Part shown: piece by piece, positions 30,426 through 42,388 of the stretch
How positions within the stretch are numbered: the first letter of the stretch is position 1
How the letters are laid out: each line of letters opens with the position of its first letter
NCBI GenBank assembly: GCA_964035545.1
Contig: OZ037767.1
Location: 29,094,628-29,158,627, forward strand
Direction: 5' to 3'
Source of the DNA: Bugula neritina
Taxonomy: Eukaryota; Animalia; Bryozoa
DNA length: 64,000 nucleotides
Notes under the pieces: model-generated
Database searches by the model: none
What the model saw: the letters and a program-made list of their open reading frames with translations, nothing else
What the model was told of the DNA's origin: nothing
Position numbers and translations under genes: made by a program

Positions 30426-30990
30426 TGTCACAAAACTGTTGGTAGCAGTGTGACGAGTTCGAAAAGTCTGGTAGTCAGAAGTGTATAGACAAGTAGCATA
30501 CAGCTTGCTAATCCAGTTGTGAGTAAATAGAGTTGTGAATACAAGTAGACTTTATTTCTCTAGTAAGATATGCACATATGAACTTATAAAAATGAACTCC
30601 GAGAATGAACTTATAAAAAGGAACTCCAAGAATGAACTGATTTGTAAACACAACTGCCTCAGTATTTATAGTAAACAAAAAACTCTAGAACATTCTCAAG
30701 CATTCCAGTATAGAAGATTCTAGTAGGAAACATTCCCCACATGCCAATACTATTTATAGAAAATCAAAACAAAACAAAACATTGGAATTTCCATGGTTAT
30801 TTCGCAATTATTGCGCAACACCTTGTTTACATTGCTGGGCAGTAGTTAACATGACTAATGAAAACAGTAACAATGAACAATGACCCATCTCTTTGATTAG
30901 TCTAGAATATTTATGAACATTCCTGTATAATCATTAGGAAAAACCTGGTAAGTCTATTTATAGGTATATGTACACTCAGAATTTGTGACA
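30426..30990 (-). repeat. 5' LTR
   Basis: TG...CA termini; followed on the minus strand by the PBS. Confidence 0.95.
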
Positions 30991-33149
30991 CCTCAGTTTA
31001 CCAGGATGTGATTACCAACTTCCTATCAACAGCCCCTTATATAAGTTCGTTCAAGAGAGCTGCAACTCTAAACAGTTCTGCTTTATTGATTTGCCAAGAG
31101 AGGCAATTCCGCGCTGTGCAGAGACTATAACGCATGCAAACTATCTAGATGTACAGTATGGCTGTTTTTCAACTGCTACAGATGATGATCAAGACTGTAG
31201 TTGCAACAAAAGTCAAGGTAATGCAGCTTCTTCCTAGCACTACAGACTTAATGTACTGTTTGATTTTATGTGAAAAAAAATCATATTTCATAATATTTGC
31301 TATTGTTTATGATAAAAGCTATCCATTTGTTCATTCACATTAAAATTTCTAAACAGCTTCTGGTGTGAGTGTAGCTTCATTTTAAAAATTATAGATATGC
31401 GTAATAGTCCAAAAATAACTTAGCCTTATGGGTAAATCATATGTCACCTAATAAAATCAAACCTATACTGGTGTGCGTGAAAACGAGATTAGCTACAAAT
31501 AGCATTATAAGAAAATAGAAATTTGATACATTACCTTGCATTATTTGCTGTACGTAATTCATCATAAAAATAATCTTATATGTACAAATACCGTTAACAA
31601 AAATTATTGTAGTGATAGCTATCAAAAGCTGAGCTCATAGCTTAAATTTCTACATTATGATCTCATAATATTGTTTCTATTTTTTAACAGCATCTACACT
31701 ACCTAATGCTCCACCATACCTACCTTCGGCTTCTGTGGTATCTGAAAGAGGTTTGTTCATTACCAACTCAAAACTGGTATATTTATATAATAATGTACAC
31801 AATATCCTTACATCATTCTAGAACAATATTTTTAATTTGTTTGCTTTAGTTCAACAAATAAATATGGTTGGTTACCTGATTTAGTTATTTATGTAATACT
31901 TACAAGTATAACTGCTGATTATGTTATTCTATAGCTAACCAATATAAATCTAAACATGTGAGGAGTAGTTATAGGCCGTAGCTGTTTTGTTGTATTGTTA
32001 GAAAACGGAACTGTATCCCTATTGACAGCACTGGTAGTTGTGTTCTCATGCTTAATCCTGCTGGTTGGAATCTTCATAGCCTGCGGAGTGTGTTACAAGT
32101 GAGTGGCACATTTGAACCAGAACAAAATTTAGCTTGTTAAACCACTTGCATTAACAGCATAAGCTATATTTGGCAGCACAGTCTACGTTTGGTAGCATAG
32201 TCTATGTTTGGTAGCATAGTCTAGACTTGCATGATGTTATAATAACTTAAATACATGCTAAAATACTCCAAATTAAATTGTTTAGAAAAATTAGGAGTTT
32301 ATATAGCGCATTGAGGTGCTAACACAGGTCTTCAATAGAAGTTTGGAAATCTAGTGATGAGATTTTAAAGTAAAGGATTGAAAACAAACATAATTATGAT
32401 GATGTTCATGATGGTTATTGACAAGAAATCTATAGTAAGAATTGACGTCTATGTCTGAGAATTATGACTCTTGTTACACTATCTTACAGAAAAAAGTACC
32501 TCCCGGCTCCTCTCCAGATGTGTATATCCAAGAAGCTGCTACACAGAGTTACCAAAGGTGGTGGTAAAAACGAGAGAGATAAAGGTGATAAAATAAACAG
32601 CATTACATGGAGAGCATATACAGTGCATATCTCACATTTGTTTTAAAGTTTCTAGCCTGTTAAAATGGGCCAGGGAGTTAGTTTTATTGCGGTAAAATTT
32701 ATGAATTTATGACTTAATGCCTTTTCTAAACATTACAAACACCTTGTGTTTACTAAGGTGATTTAACCTCAAACTGGTACCCTCATATCTCACTATAAGC
32801 CAGGTACAATCATACTTTAAATCTATTTGCTAAATTATATATAATTTTTATTTTAGAAGTTACAGACAAGCCAATACACTACAGGAAGAACACTGAGTTG
32901 GAAGAAGGGGTGTATAGTGAAATAGATGGAAACAGTATAGCGGTTGGTCAGGGAGCCCCAGCTACATACGCATATCAGTGAGGCTTTGTGTGTTAATAGA
33001 CAGTCACAATGCAGTTAGTATTGTATATATTGCTATGCTAGGGTAACTAGAGCCATGCATCATGAGCTAATGTAGTTGTGGCTAGAAGACTCATAGCAAA
33101 ATTAGATAGGCTGGAAAGTTTCTAGACCCAATTCAATGAAAGATTACAA

Positions 33150-33590
33150 ATGTGTGTGTGCGTGTGTGAGTGTATGAGTGTGTGAGTGTATGAGTGTGTG
33201 CGTGTGTGTGTGCGTGTGTGTGTGTGTGTGCGTGTGTGAGTGCGCGTGTGTGTGAGTGTGTGTGTGTGTGAGTGTGTGAGTGTATGAGTGTGTGTGTGAG
33301 TATGTGTGTGTGTGTGCGTGTGTGAGTGTGTACGTGTGTGTGTGTGTGCGTGTGTGTGTGTGTGTGTGTGCGTGAGTGCGTGTGTGTGTGAGTGTGTGTG
33401 TGCGTGAGTGTGTGAGTGTGTGAGTGTATGAATGTGTGTGTGAGTGTGTGTGTGTGTGTGTGCGTGTGTGAGTGTGTGCGTGTGTGTGTGTGTGTGTGTG
33501 CGTGTGTGCGTGAGTGCGTGTGTGTGTGAGTGTGTGTGTGAGTGTGTGAGTGTGTGAGTGTGTGTGTGTGTGTGTGTGCGTGTGAGTGTG
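33150..33590. repeat. (TG)n-type microsatellite
   Basis: Directly visible; intronic in the lectin gene. Confidence 0.95.
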
Positions 33591-34397
33591 TTAGAAAGTT
33601 GTGAAAGTAACTGCTTGGTTTTTACTTACATGCCATTGGAATATTTCATCAGAGATTGGGCATTGCAAGGAACTGAAGCTAATGGAGTGCCCAAAGTAAT
33701 TCAAGTCAATGAGTCTTACCAGCAAGAGTTTGAAGATGACGAAGACTATGATGACTGGAGTGACAGCGAATTTGATGACCTGCCCGAGGGAGATGATTCT
33801 ACAGCAGCAGGTCACTTCTTACCTCAAACACTAAAGATGTATTTACTATAACAGCTTTCTGTGCTGTTAAACATTGAACACTTTATATAGAGATGGAATT
33901 CTGGCAAACTGACTGAAAATATAAAAGTAGCAATTTGAGTAAAGTTTGATATCGAGGCTAATTATGCTGATAAAGATGTTGTTCTACATTGTAAAAATTA
34001 TTATTACATATATAAAAGTTGTGCTAGAAGAAGATATACAAGTTTTAGCTTTTTATGCTAGCTATGGCTTGTGTTTTTCTGCCAGACACAATTGTGACTG
34101 CATTAGCCTGGGAGTTGTGTTTTACGACTAAAGTATAATTTGCTCTCAATTTGTTGTGCAATGTCTTATAAACATACTTGCAGGATTTAATTTGTCAAAA
34201 AGAACATATTTTAACTTGTACTACTTCTCTCTTAGTGTGTTTAGCTCCCTTGCAATTAGCTTTTGTAAATTGTTTAACCTTGTAAGTTTCACACAGTGTG
34301 TTTGAATCTCAATAAGTAACTTTGAACAATTAGGCTGTTTTTCTACATATTAGGAGAGAATGAAAGTACCTATCAGTCTAATGAAAACTATACAAGA

Positions 34398-34483
34398 CGA
34401 AAAAGAAGCTCACAAATTCGAAAAAGAAGTTCACAAATTCGAAAAAGAAGTTCGCAGGTCCGAAAAAGAAGTTCGCAAGTTCG
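34398..34483. repeat. 21-bp tandem repeat, 4 copies
   Basis: Unit CGAAAAAGAAGTTC(A/G)CAA(A/G)TT. Confidence 0.85.
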
Positions 34484-36203
34484 TAAGATATCTGGACTAA
34501 GAAATAAAACCAGCACGACATCTGTCGAACAGATGAATAGAAAACACAGCAGACAAGCAAAGAAAATTAGTCTAAACACTGATGATGCAGACGTGAACTG
34601 GGTTTAGAAAACAATTCCAAACAATTCCAGGCAATGAGCATTTTATAACCCCAACAACTTGAATCAAGTTTTTTTCCAAATCACAGTGCTCTATATGGTA
34701 CAACAAGATTTTTAAATGCAACACAAACCAATTTGATTGGAAATATTTCTGAACTATGGAAAAAATAGGTACTTATGTAATAACCCAAATCTTTGAATTC
34801 CAAAACATATATTGGTATGTTATGTTATATATTCAACTATACCTGTAATTTATCTTTATATGCTGAGGCTTTTATGTTAAAAAAAGCTTTATTTGATGTT
34901 GGAATGATTTTGAGAGCAATGTTGTCACTGCTGAAAAGATAAAGTAAAATATTTAAATCAAATAGTATTAAAGTTTGTATATGAATGAGAAAGACGTTGG
35001 GACTTGCAAAAACATCTTACTGCAATAATATAGTTTTTTGCTCTTGCTAAATAAATGTTATGTTATAATTTATACTTTTTATACAATACAATTATAAATA
35101 TATTTCAAGCATAAAAAATTCAATATCTATTGGAACAGGATATATAATTATAATACTAATCATCAAACAATGCTCAAGATCTATGTAGACGTATGCAGAA
35201 CCAAACCAATAACATAAGTTCTAAACACATAATGCATTTCAATAATAATAATTTAAGATTTTATATAACGAACTTTATAAAAAAGAAAATAACTTCTAAT
35301 TAATTGGGAGTTGTCCTCTTTAAAAAATTACGGTATTAGTCCGAAAATAAAAACTGCATGCAATAAATATAGAATTACAAATTATTAAAATATTTACCTA
35401 TTTACTTACTATTAAGTTAATTCCTCCATATTGACTTTATCTGTGAAAGAAGTTTTTTGCTTTTGTTTCTTTTTAATTTTAACTTCGCCTGAATGTTTTT
35501 AAATGATTTATGACATAGACATTTGCAATTGCTTTCGATTTACGTCTAAAACGTGTTATTTTCATTACTAAACGAATTGAGTAGCTTTAGGCATAGCCGA
35601 CAATTTACTTTGAGTCTCAGACTAACAACCAGTAATACTAAGTCTAATACTAATAGTAATACTAATACAGTAAATCAAAATGAGTAATAGTTATAGTAAT
35701 ACTAATTCAATTCGAGTTTGACTTTCAGTTTCACTTTGTGATTCAGATTGTCTTTTAGTTTTACTTTAACTTTCAGTTACGGTTACTGTGAAGCGATGAC
35801 TATAACTATAAGTATAAGTTAATACTTAATATCAATGTTATTCTTATTGTTGTAGCTATTAGTATTAGTATTAGTATTACTATTACTAAGTAAACATAAC
35901 CATAGTCATAGTGATAGTAAAACTAAAACTAAATAGCTATAACTTATAAGTAAAAGTAATGAATATGATTATGATAGTAATAGTTCATAGTTACAGTAAT
36001 AGTGATATAAAAATTGTTACTTGCTATTTTTCCTGATAAAAACTATAACTATAAGCAAATTTACTGAACTTTTAGAAGCTGACGTAAATAAAGTTGGTGT
36101 AACATTTAATAGCAATATTTAAATTTAATGATTTTATTAAAATTATATCGTGTTTTGATGTTTGATAAATATTTAACTTTCATTTTTAGTTGAATCTAAC
36201 ATT

Positions 36204-39200
36204 ATGGAAAGTACTGAGGATACAGTTTCAGTAGATGTAGCAGTGGAGGAAGAACCTGTAGAAACCTCTCCAGATCCTGTAGAAATCTCTGCTGCTCCTG
36301 TAGAAACCTCTGCTGCTCCTGTAGAGACATCTACTGCTCCTGTAGAAGAAGTGACTGCAGAGACCGAGGTGTCTGTGCCAGCCAGCAATGGCGACACTAA
36401 AGAGTCTGGCGACACTAAAGACACTACACAGGAAGATTCGACTGAAACATCTCACGACACAACACAACCCACTGAAGATGACATAGATGCAATGACACAT
36501 ACAGAGTTTTACACAAAGCTTGTAGAACAGGGTTTCAACAAGGTACAAACATTTAGTTCAAGTACCGTATGCTGAAACTTGTTTGTTGGGTGGTTTTTAC
36601 TTATCAGTTTCAACTTTGCTCGTCTTTAGATCACAGCGTGGAACTGTGAGAAGTTGGCTGAAAAGGGCATTATAAGCGAGAGTGAACTGGATCCTAGAGC
36701 ATTGAACGCACTGAAAGAATTTGACACCACACACATATCAACTGTACTGAATGAGGTGAGAACTATATATGATATGGTAGCAACTTTCACTGGCTATTGC
36801 CTGTATGTAGTGGGATTGTAACTATTGTCTGGTGTGTTTTAGTTTTCAACCAGTGACCTGTCTCATGTTCAGAATAAGTCAGCATATCTCTGTGGCATGC
36901 TAAAGACGTTTAGGCAGCGACTTCAAATGAAAGACTCCAAACCAGGCTCAGCATTAACCACAGTAGGACCAACTAAAGAGCAACTACAGAATATACTGAA
37001 GACGGGCTATACCATGGATATCACAACAGGACAGAGAAAGTACGGAGGGCCTCCGCCAGACTGGGAAGGACCTCCGCCAGGCGCAGGCCACGAGGTGTGT
37101 GCCTAGACAACACTTTAGAGTTGTTTGATTTTGTTTCACTCAAAAAGTTTGTTCTCTAGATTTATACTTAATTGCTTATTCAATATGTGTGTTATTGGCG
37201 AATTACATTTTGCAGGTGTTCATTGGTCGTATTCCTCGCGAGTTATTTGAGGATGTTTTGGTACCCGTATTTGAAAAGGCTGGTAAGATTTGGGACTTCC
37301 GGCTGATGATAGACTCTCTCTCAGGTTATAACAGAGGCTATGCCTTCTGCACCTACTGCACTAAAGATGGCGCGAAGGCAGCCGTCAAAGATGTGAGTGT
37401 ATTCAATTTTACTCGTTGTATTGCAGCACTCCTGTAACTTGAATTGTACGGTTTTCTGAGTGTTATTTAGGTATTTCATGTTTTTTTAGTACATAATTTG
37501 CAATTTCTTTTAATTTAAAGAATATTCAGCTGTGTTTTGTTTTTGTAGTTCAATGACTATGAAATAAAGTCCGGTAAGAAGATAAAGGTGAATATATCGG
37601 TAGCAAATGTGCGATTATTTGCCGGCAATATCCCAAAACAGAAGTCAAAAGAGGAAATCCACGAAGAATTTTCTAAGCTGACAGGTAATTCAGTTGACAG
37701 ATAACAAATTTAACACTTATATGCACAGCCTTACTGTGTTCGGTATATAAACAGTGTCTACCGATTACCGCAGCAGTCTTAAATGAATATCTATATACTT
37801 ACAGAGGGTTTGTCAGAAGTAATTGTATACCAGAACCCAGGAGAAACAAACAGAAAAAACAGAGGGTTTGCCTTTCTGGAGTATGACTCTCACAAGAATG
37901 CGTCGGCAGCGAAAAGGAAGCTGGGAACCGGCCGATGCCGAGTTTGGGGCTGTGATCTGATCATTGATTGGGCAGATCCCCAGGAGGAGCCTTCCGAGGA
38001 CGTTATGGCCACTGTAAGAGGCTGTTTAGTTGTTGTGTTGTCCAATTGTAGAGAATGTTGTATAGGAATAGGAACAGTGTGCCTTGTGTGAATTAATCAA
38101 AGTACAGTTGCAGACAACACCTGGTTGACGAGATGTTTTAGCTGACTGCCTAAAATAATATATAGATATTAATTTATAATTTGCTTGATGACTGGACGCA
38201 TGCTGTATTTTAATATTACATTTACTCAATCTTTTTTTCTTTTCACAAATTCTGATTTCATTTACTAGCTAACCTAAAATTATCTGAAGTTTATAGGAGT
38301 TGACAATATTTTTATACACATTCGTGCTACATTTTGTATGGCACACACCTGTCCATATACCTGTATTACCACACCTGTCCATGTACCTGTATTACCACAC
38401 CTGTCCATGTACCTGTATTACCACACCTGTCTGCTGCAGGTAAAAGTACTGTATGTGAGAGGTTTACTGCCAGACGTAACTGAAGAGAACATTAAAGAGA
38501 AGTTTGAACCTTATGGCAAACTGGATAGAGTGAGGAAACTCAAGGATTACGCTTTTGTGCACTTTGCTGAAAGAGAGGAAGCTATGCAGGTCAGCCTAGC
38601 CTGTGCTCTAATCTTTACTCAGAACCACTCTGGTATAAAATATAATACACTTGATGTAGACAGTATGAAACTAATGAAAGTATTTATTGTACTGGAGAAG
38701 TGTGAAACACCCAAATCCAAATAAATCTCCAACATCTATGCTACAAAGTCGGAGAGATGGAAAAATTCACAGTGTTAAGAAATCATTACTGTAACAATCT
38801 AGCGTAGCTGTTACTTTTCTGCTGCTTTACTCCCTGGCATGTCCGGGAGTTGCCCCTCTTATTGCTTGTTTTGTTGTTTCTCTGAAAAGTGAAGTCTAAT
38901 AAGGGAAAACACTATTGGATATTTTTATTATAGTCATAGAATGCTAAACCCAATCTGATATTCATGACGTGTTTTAGACTCGGAGATTTTGGTATTTGCT
39001 GTGATTGATGTGATGTATTTGTGTATTTCAGGCTTTGAATGACTTGAACAATCAGAAACTTGGCAACTCTGTCATGGAGATTTCCCTGGCGAAGCCCCAG
39101 GACAAGAGTAAAGACAAGAGAAGACAACAGCATATGATGCCTGGACCATTTCGAGGCGGACCACCTATGCGTGGCGGGTGAGTGTAATCTCCATGTAATA

Positions 39201-40508
39201 CTGTATTATTGTAATTGTATTGTCCCTATAATACTGTATTGTTGTAGTTGCAATGTATGTATAATACGGTATTATTGTAGTTGTAATGTATGTATAATAC
39301 GGTATTATTGTAGTTGTAACGTATGTATAATACGGTATTGTAGTTGTAATGTGTGTATAATACGATATTATTGTGTTAATATTGTCTTATCCCATGTTGC
39401 TGTAGGTTCCCGAGAGGTGGCGGGTTCATGGGAGGTAGAAGAGGGTTCGATGATGGGTACGGAGGACCTGGAGGCAGAGGTGACTGCATATTCTCTCTGT
39501 ATCTTCTCTCTACTTTGTATCCTCTCTCTACCCTGTGTTTTTTCTCTACTCTGTTTTCTCTACTCTGTATTCTCTCTCTACTCTGTATTCTCTACTCTGT
39601 TTTCTCTACTCTGTTTTCTCTACTCTGTATTCTCTCTCTACTCTGTATTCTCTCTCTACTCTGTATTCTCTCTCTATTCTGTATTCTCTCTCTACTCTGT
39701 ATTCTCTCTCTACTCTGTATTCTCTCTCTACTCTGTATTCTCTACTCTGTATTCTCTCTCTACTTTGTATTCTCTCTACTCTGTATTCTCTCTACTCTGT
39801 ATTCTCTACTCTGTTTTCTCTCCCTACTCTGTATTCTCTCTTAATTGACAGTTTTCTTTTCAGCGCATTGTTTAGGGCTGCTAGTAGGAATATATCTGTA
39901 CGCCAAGTGTAATCATGTTTTAGCTTTAGTTCTTCCTTTATAGACTGGGGATTTGGAGGACCTTATGATGACTGGGGTTATGGCGGCCGAGGCGGACCCT
40001 ATGGAGGACCCTTTGGTTATGGGCCACCCCCAGGCCCACCCATGCCGATGCGAGGCGGCAGAGGTGTAAGTTCCACATGCTATGATTTGAGGAAAAAATG
40101 TAGCTAAATGTTGTATCACATGATGAGGCAGGCAGTATTTTTCCTGTCTGTCAGCCTTCCAAGTGTGAGATGAGTCACATTACATTCATTATAATGTATT
40201 ACTTGTACGGTTAGTGTGAGATTTCCTCCATTGTATTATATTGCTTCATTGTGTGGCAGATAACATGGGTTGGTTGTTGACAGGCCTGGAGAGGAGGTGG
40301 CATGGGTCGTGGTATGCCGAGAGGTGGACGTGGGGCTCCTAGAGGGGCTCCCCGCGGTGGTGGATTCAAGCGACCTTTGCCCGGTGGGGGCGCTGATGGT
40401 AGTAACAAGAAGCCGAGGCAGCTGATGGACGGCCAGGGCCCGGGCTGGAGTCATCCCATAGCCCAGAAACCTCTGGGTGGCGGGGAGTTCTACCAAGATT
40501 CATTTTAA
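36204..40508 (+). CDS. SYNCRIP: hnRNP Q/R (Syncrip) RNA-binding protein
   Basis: About 11 exons. Acidic N-terminus, [12 protein letters not shown] and [23 protein letters not shown], three RRMs ([15 protein letters not shown]; [18 protein letters not shown]; [17 protein letters not shown]), RGG tail ending PIAQKPL..FYQDSF. Confidence 0.93.
39488..39841. repeat. Pyrimidine-rich (CTCTCTACTCTGTATT)n-type intronic tandem repeat
   Basis: Directly visible in a Syncrip intron. Confidence 0.9.
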
Positions 40509-42388
40509 ATGTGTTGGGGCTGTAAATTACTCCTCTAGTCTCCCCGATTTTGATTTGCCTCATTATAAACCAGTGTCCTTCATTTGTACAAATTAATTTC
40601 TCTTTTATACTAGCAAATTTTTCATTACTGTTTGTGGCCAATCACAGAATGTCGTGAGTTTAGTAATTATGACTTGAAGAGGAAATCTAACCGGGCTCTC
40701 TCTCTCTCACATATCTGGTTGGGTGTCACTTCCATTCACAACGATGAAAGCACTCTGTAAATTACTTTAACATCAAACCCAAAGTTCCTGGAACTTGTTG
40801 ACATTTGGACTCTTCCCTGCCATATGGATTTGAATTGGCATTCAAAATTCACCTGAGTTCACAGTAAATACGAGATGTAGCTGAATGTAGTCAAGCCAAG
40901 TCATTGCGTTATGATATTTTGATCATAGAGACGGAATTATCTTCATTTATCTTCACAACTGAAACATTCATTTCCATTTGTTTTGATAAAATAATTTTAT
41001 CTGTAAATAATTAACCTGCGTGCCACTTATTATATATTGAGCTTGTAAAACTATGTTTATAGTCTAAATTGTGATAACAATGTAATGAAGATTTAAATAT
41101 TACTCAATTAGTAGGCTTATCAAAATATAAATATTGTTCCTCATATTATGAACCAAATTCTCTTACATTTTAAAATTGTTGGCAAGACTTCACAGCTATT
41201 ATTAATTTACAATTTAAAACAAAATTTATAAATTGCAACTGACATTTGCATTAAGACTGAGAGCCCCCCATATCATTGGTTAGCTGAAATTAAGTGTAGT
41301 GTCCCCCTTTATAAGGTAAGTATTTTATTATAATTTACTGTTGAAACATAATATGCGCTTCACCACGTAATATCTATAATGACAAGCAAGAGCCAATGCT
41401 TTATAATTGAAAATTAACTGCAAATGCACTTGATTGAGAGCATTATAAATGCTTATTGATATAAGCTGAACTAAATGGAGATGAGTACCTTCGCATGAGG
41501 CTTGTTATGCATTAATATTGCAGTTTCTACTCTTGCACATTATTAAATGGATCTCTTAATGTTGTTGATTACCTTACAGGTACATGGTTTGGAAGATTTG
41601 ATCAAACTAGAACAGTTCTAGTAGTACTGAAGTAGTATTAGCAATTTAATTTAATGCTGCTATCAGTTGAGTTTTGTTACAAATTATCTAATCTAAACAG
41701 ACTTGGTGATTTATCACATAATTTCTACAGTTCCTTTATCAGCAGGTTACAGCAAAATATTTCAAGTTTAATATGTTACATCATGGTTCAATCATTTAGA
41801 GATTTGAAAGTAAAATTGATTTAGTGTCTCATATACATTTATTTATAAGTATGAAGCAGTTACATGATTGTTGTATGACCTGAAATACATCAGCTGAAAG
41901 TGGATATAAAATGTAACAAAAATAAATGTGAGCTATTTTAAAAATATCTAAGCCTTAAGAATATTCACGATGAATTGACTAGAAAAGTGTAAACAAAACA
42001 TTACTCAAAATTCGAAGTCAAATGGGTGTTGAAAAAGCTAGAAATTATAGAACAAAAATAATGTAGTATAATACCTTTAAACTGGACAATACACACACAC
42101 TGGATTGTAATAAATGATTATGCTGAGAAAAATAAGTTGAAATTAACGCAAACAATTATTGATGTTTTTATGCCAAAAGTTACCTATCAGTACCTGAGTG
42201 AATACTTTGGCAGCGATACTGTATAGCAAAATAATAATTATTCGTTCATTATATGTTGAAATTATGGAGATACAGACCTGCAGTTTGTTTCCAACAGCTT
42301 AATAAAAATCTCAATTGGCTAGTTGTTGAGTGCACTTCGTAAATTCTAATCACAAATATGTATTTACATTTACAATTAATTTGGTAAA

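Larger units (their letters stand above)
26564..30990 (-). mobile_element. Ty3/Gypsy (Gmr1-type domain order) LTR retrotransposon, RT/RNase H-deleted
   Basis: Two 565-bp LTRs with TGTCACAAA...TTTGTGACA termini, 5-bp TSD CCTCA (26559-26563 and 30991-30995), PBS, PPT and a single 1043-aa ORF. Confidence 0.95.
25386..33851 (+). pseudogene. SUEL/galactose-rhamnose-binding lectin-domain type I transmembrane protein, disrupted in this haplotype by an LTR insertion
   Basis: Exons 25386-25452 (signal-peptide-like MDRNQGQTITLVLIICSVVTTSG), 25822-25934 (GC donor), 26524-26563+30996-31217 (rejoined in frame: IIATYKETCPTSLSLPGC...VQESCNSKQFC...PRC...ANYLDVQYGC), 31691-31750, 32002-32098 (TM: LLTALVVVFSCLILLVGIFIACGVCY), about 32490-32557, about 32857-32977, and 33653-33851 (acidic tail). 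The cytoplasmic exons are less certain. Confidence 0.72.

Noticed and set aside
39171-39912. Long hydrophobic ORFs in Syncrip introns
   Set aside because: Translations of intronic tandem repeats; only about 39406-39479 is a real Gly-rich exon.
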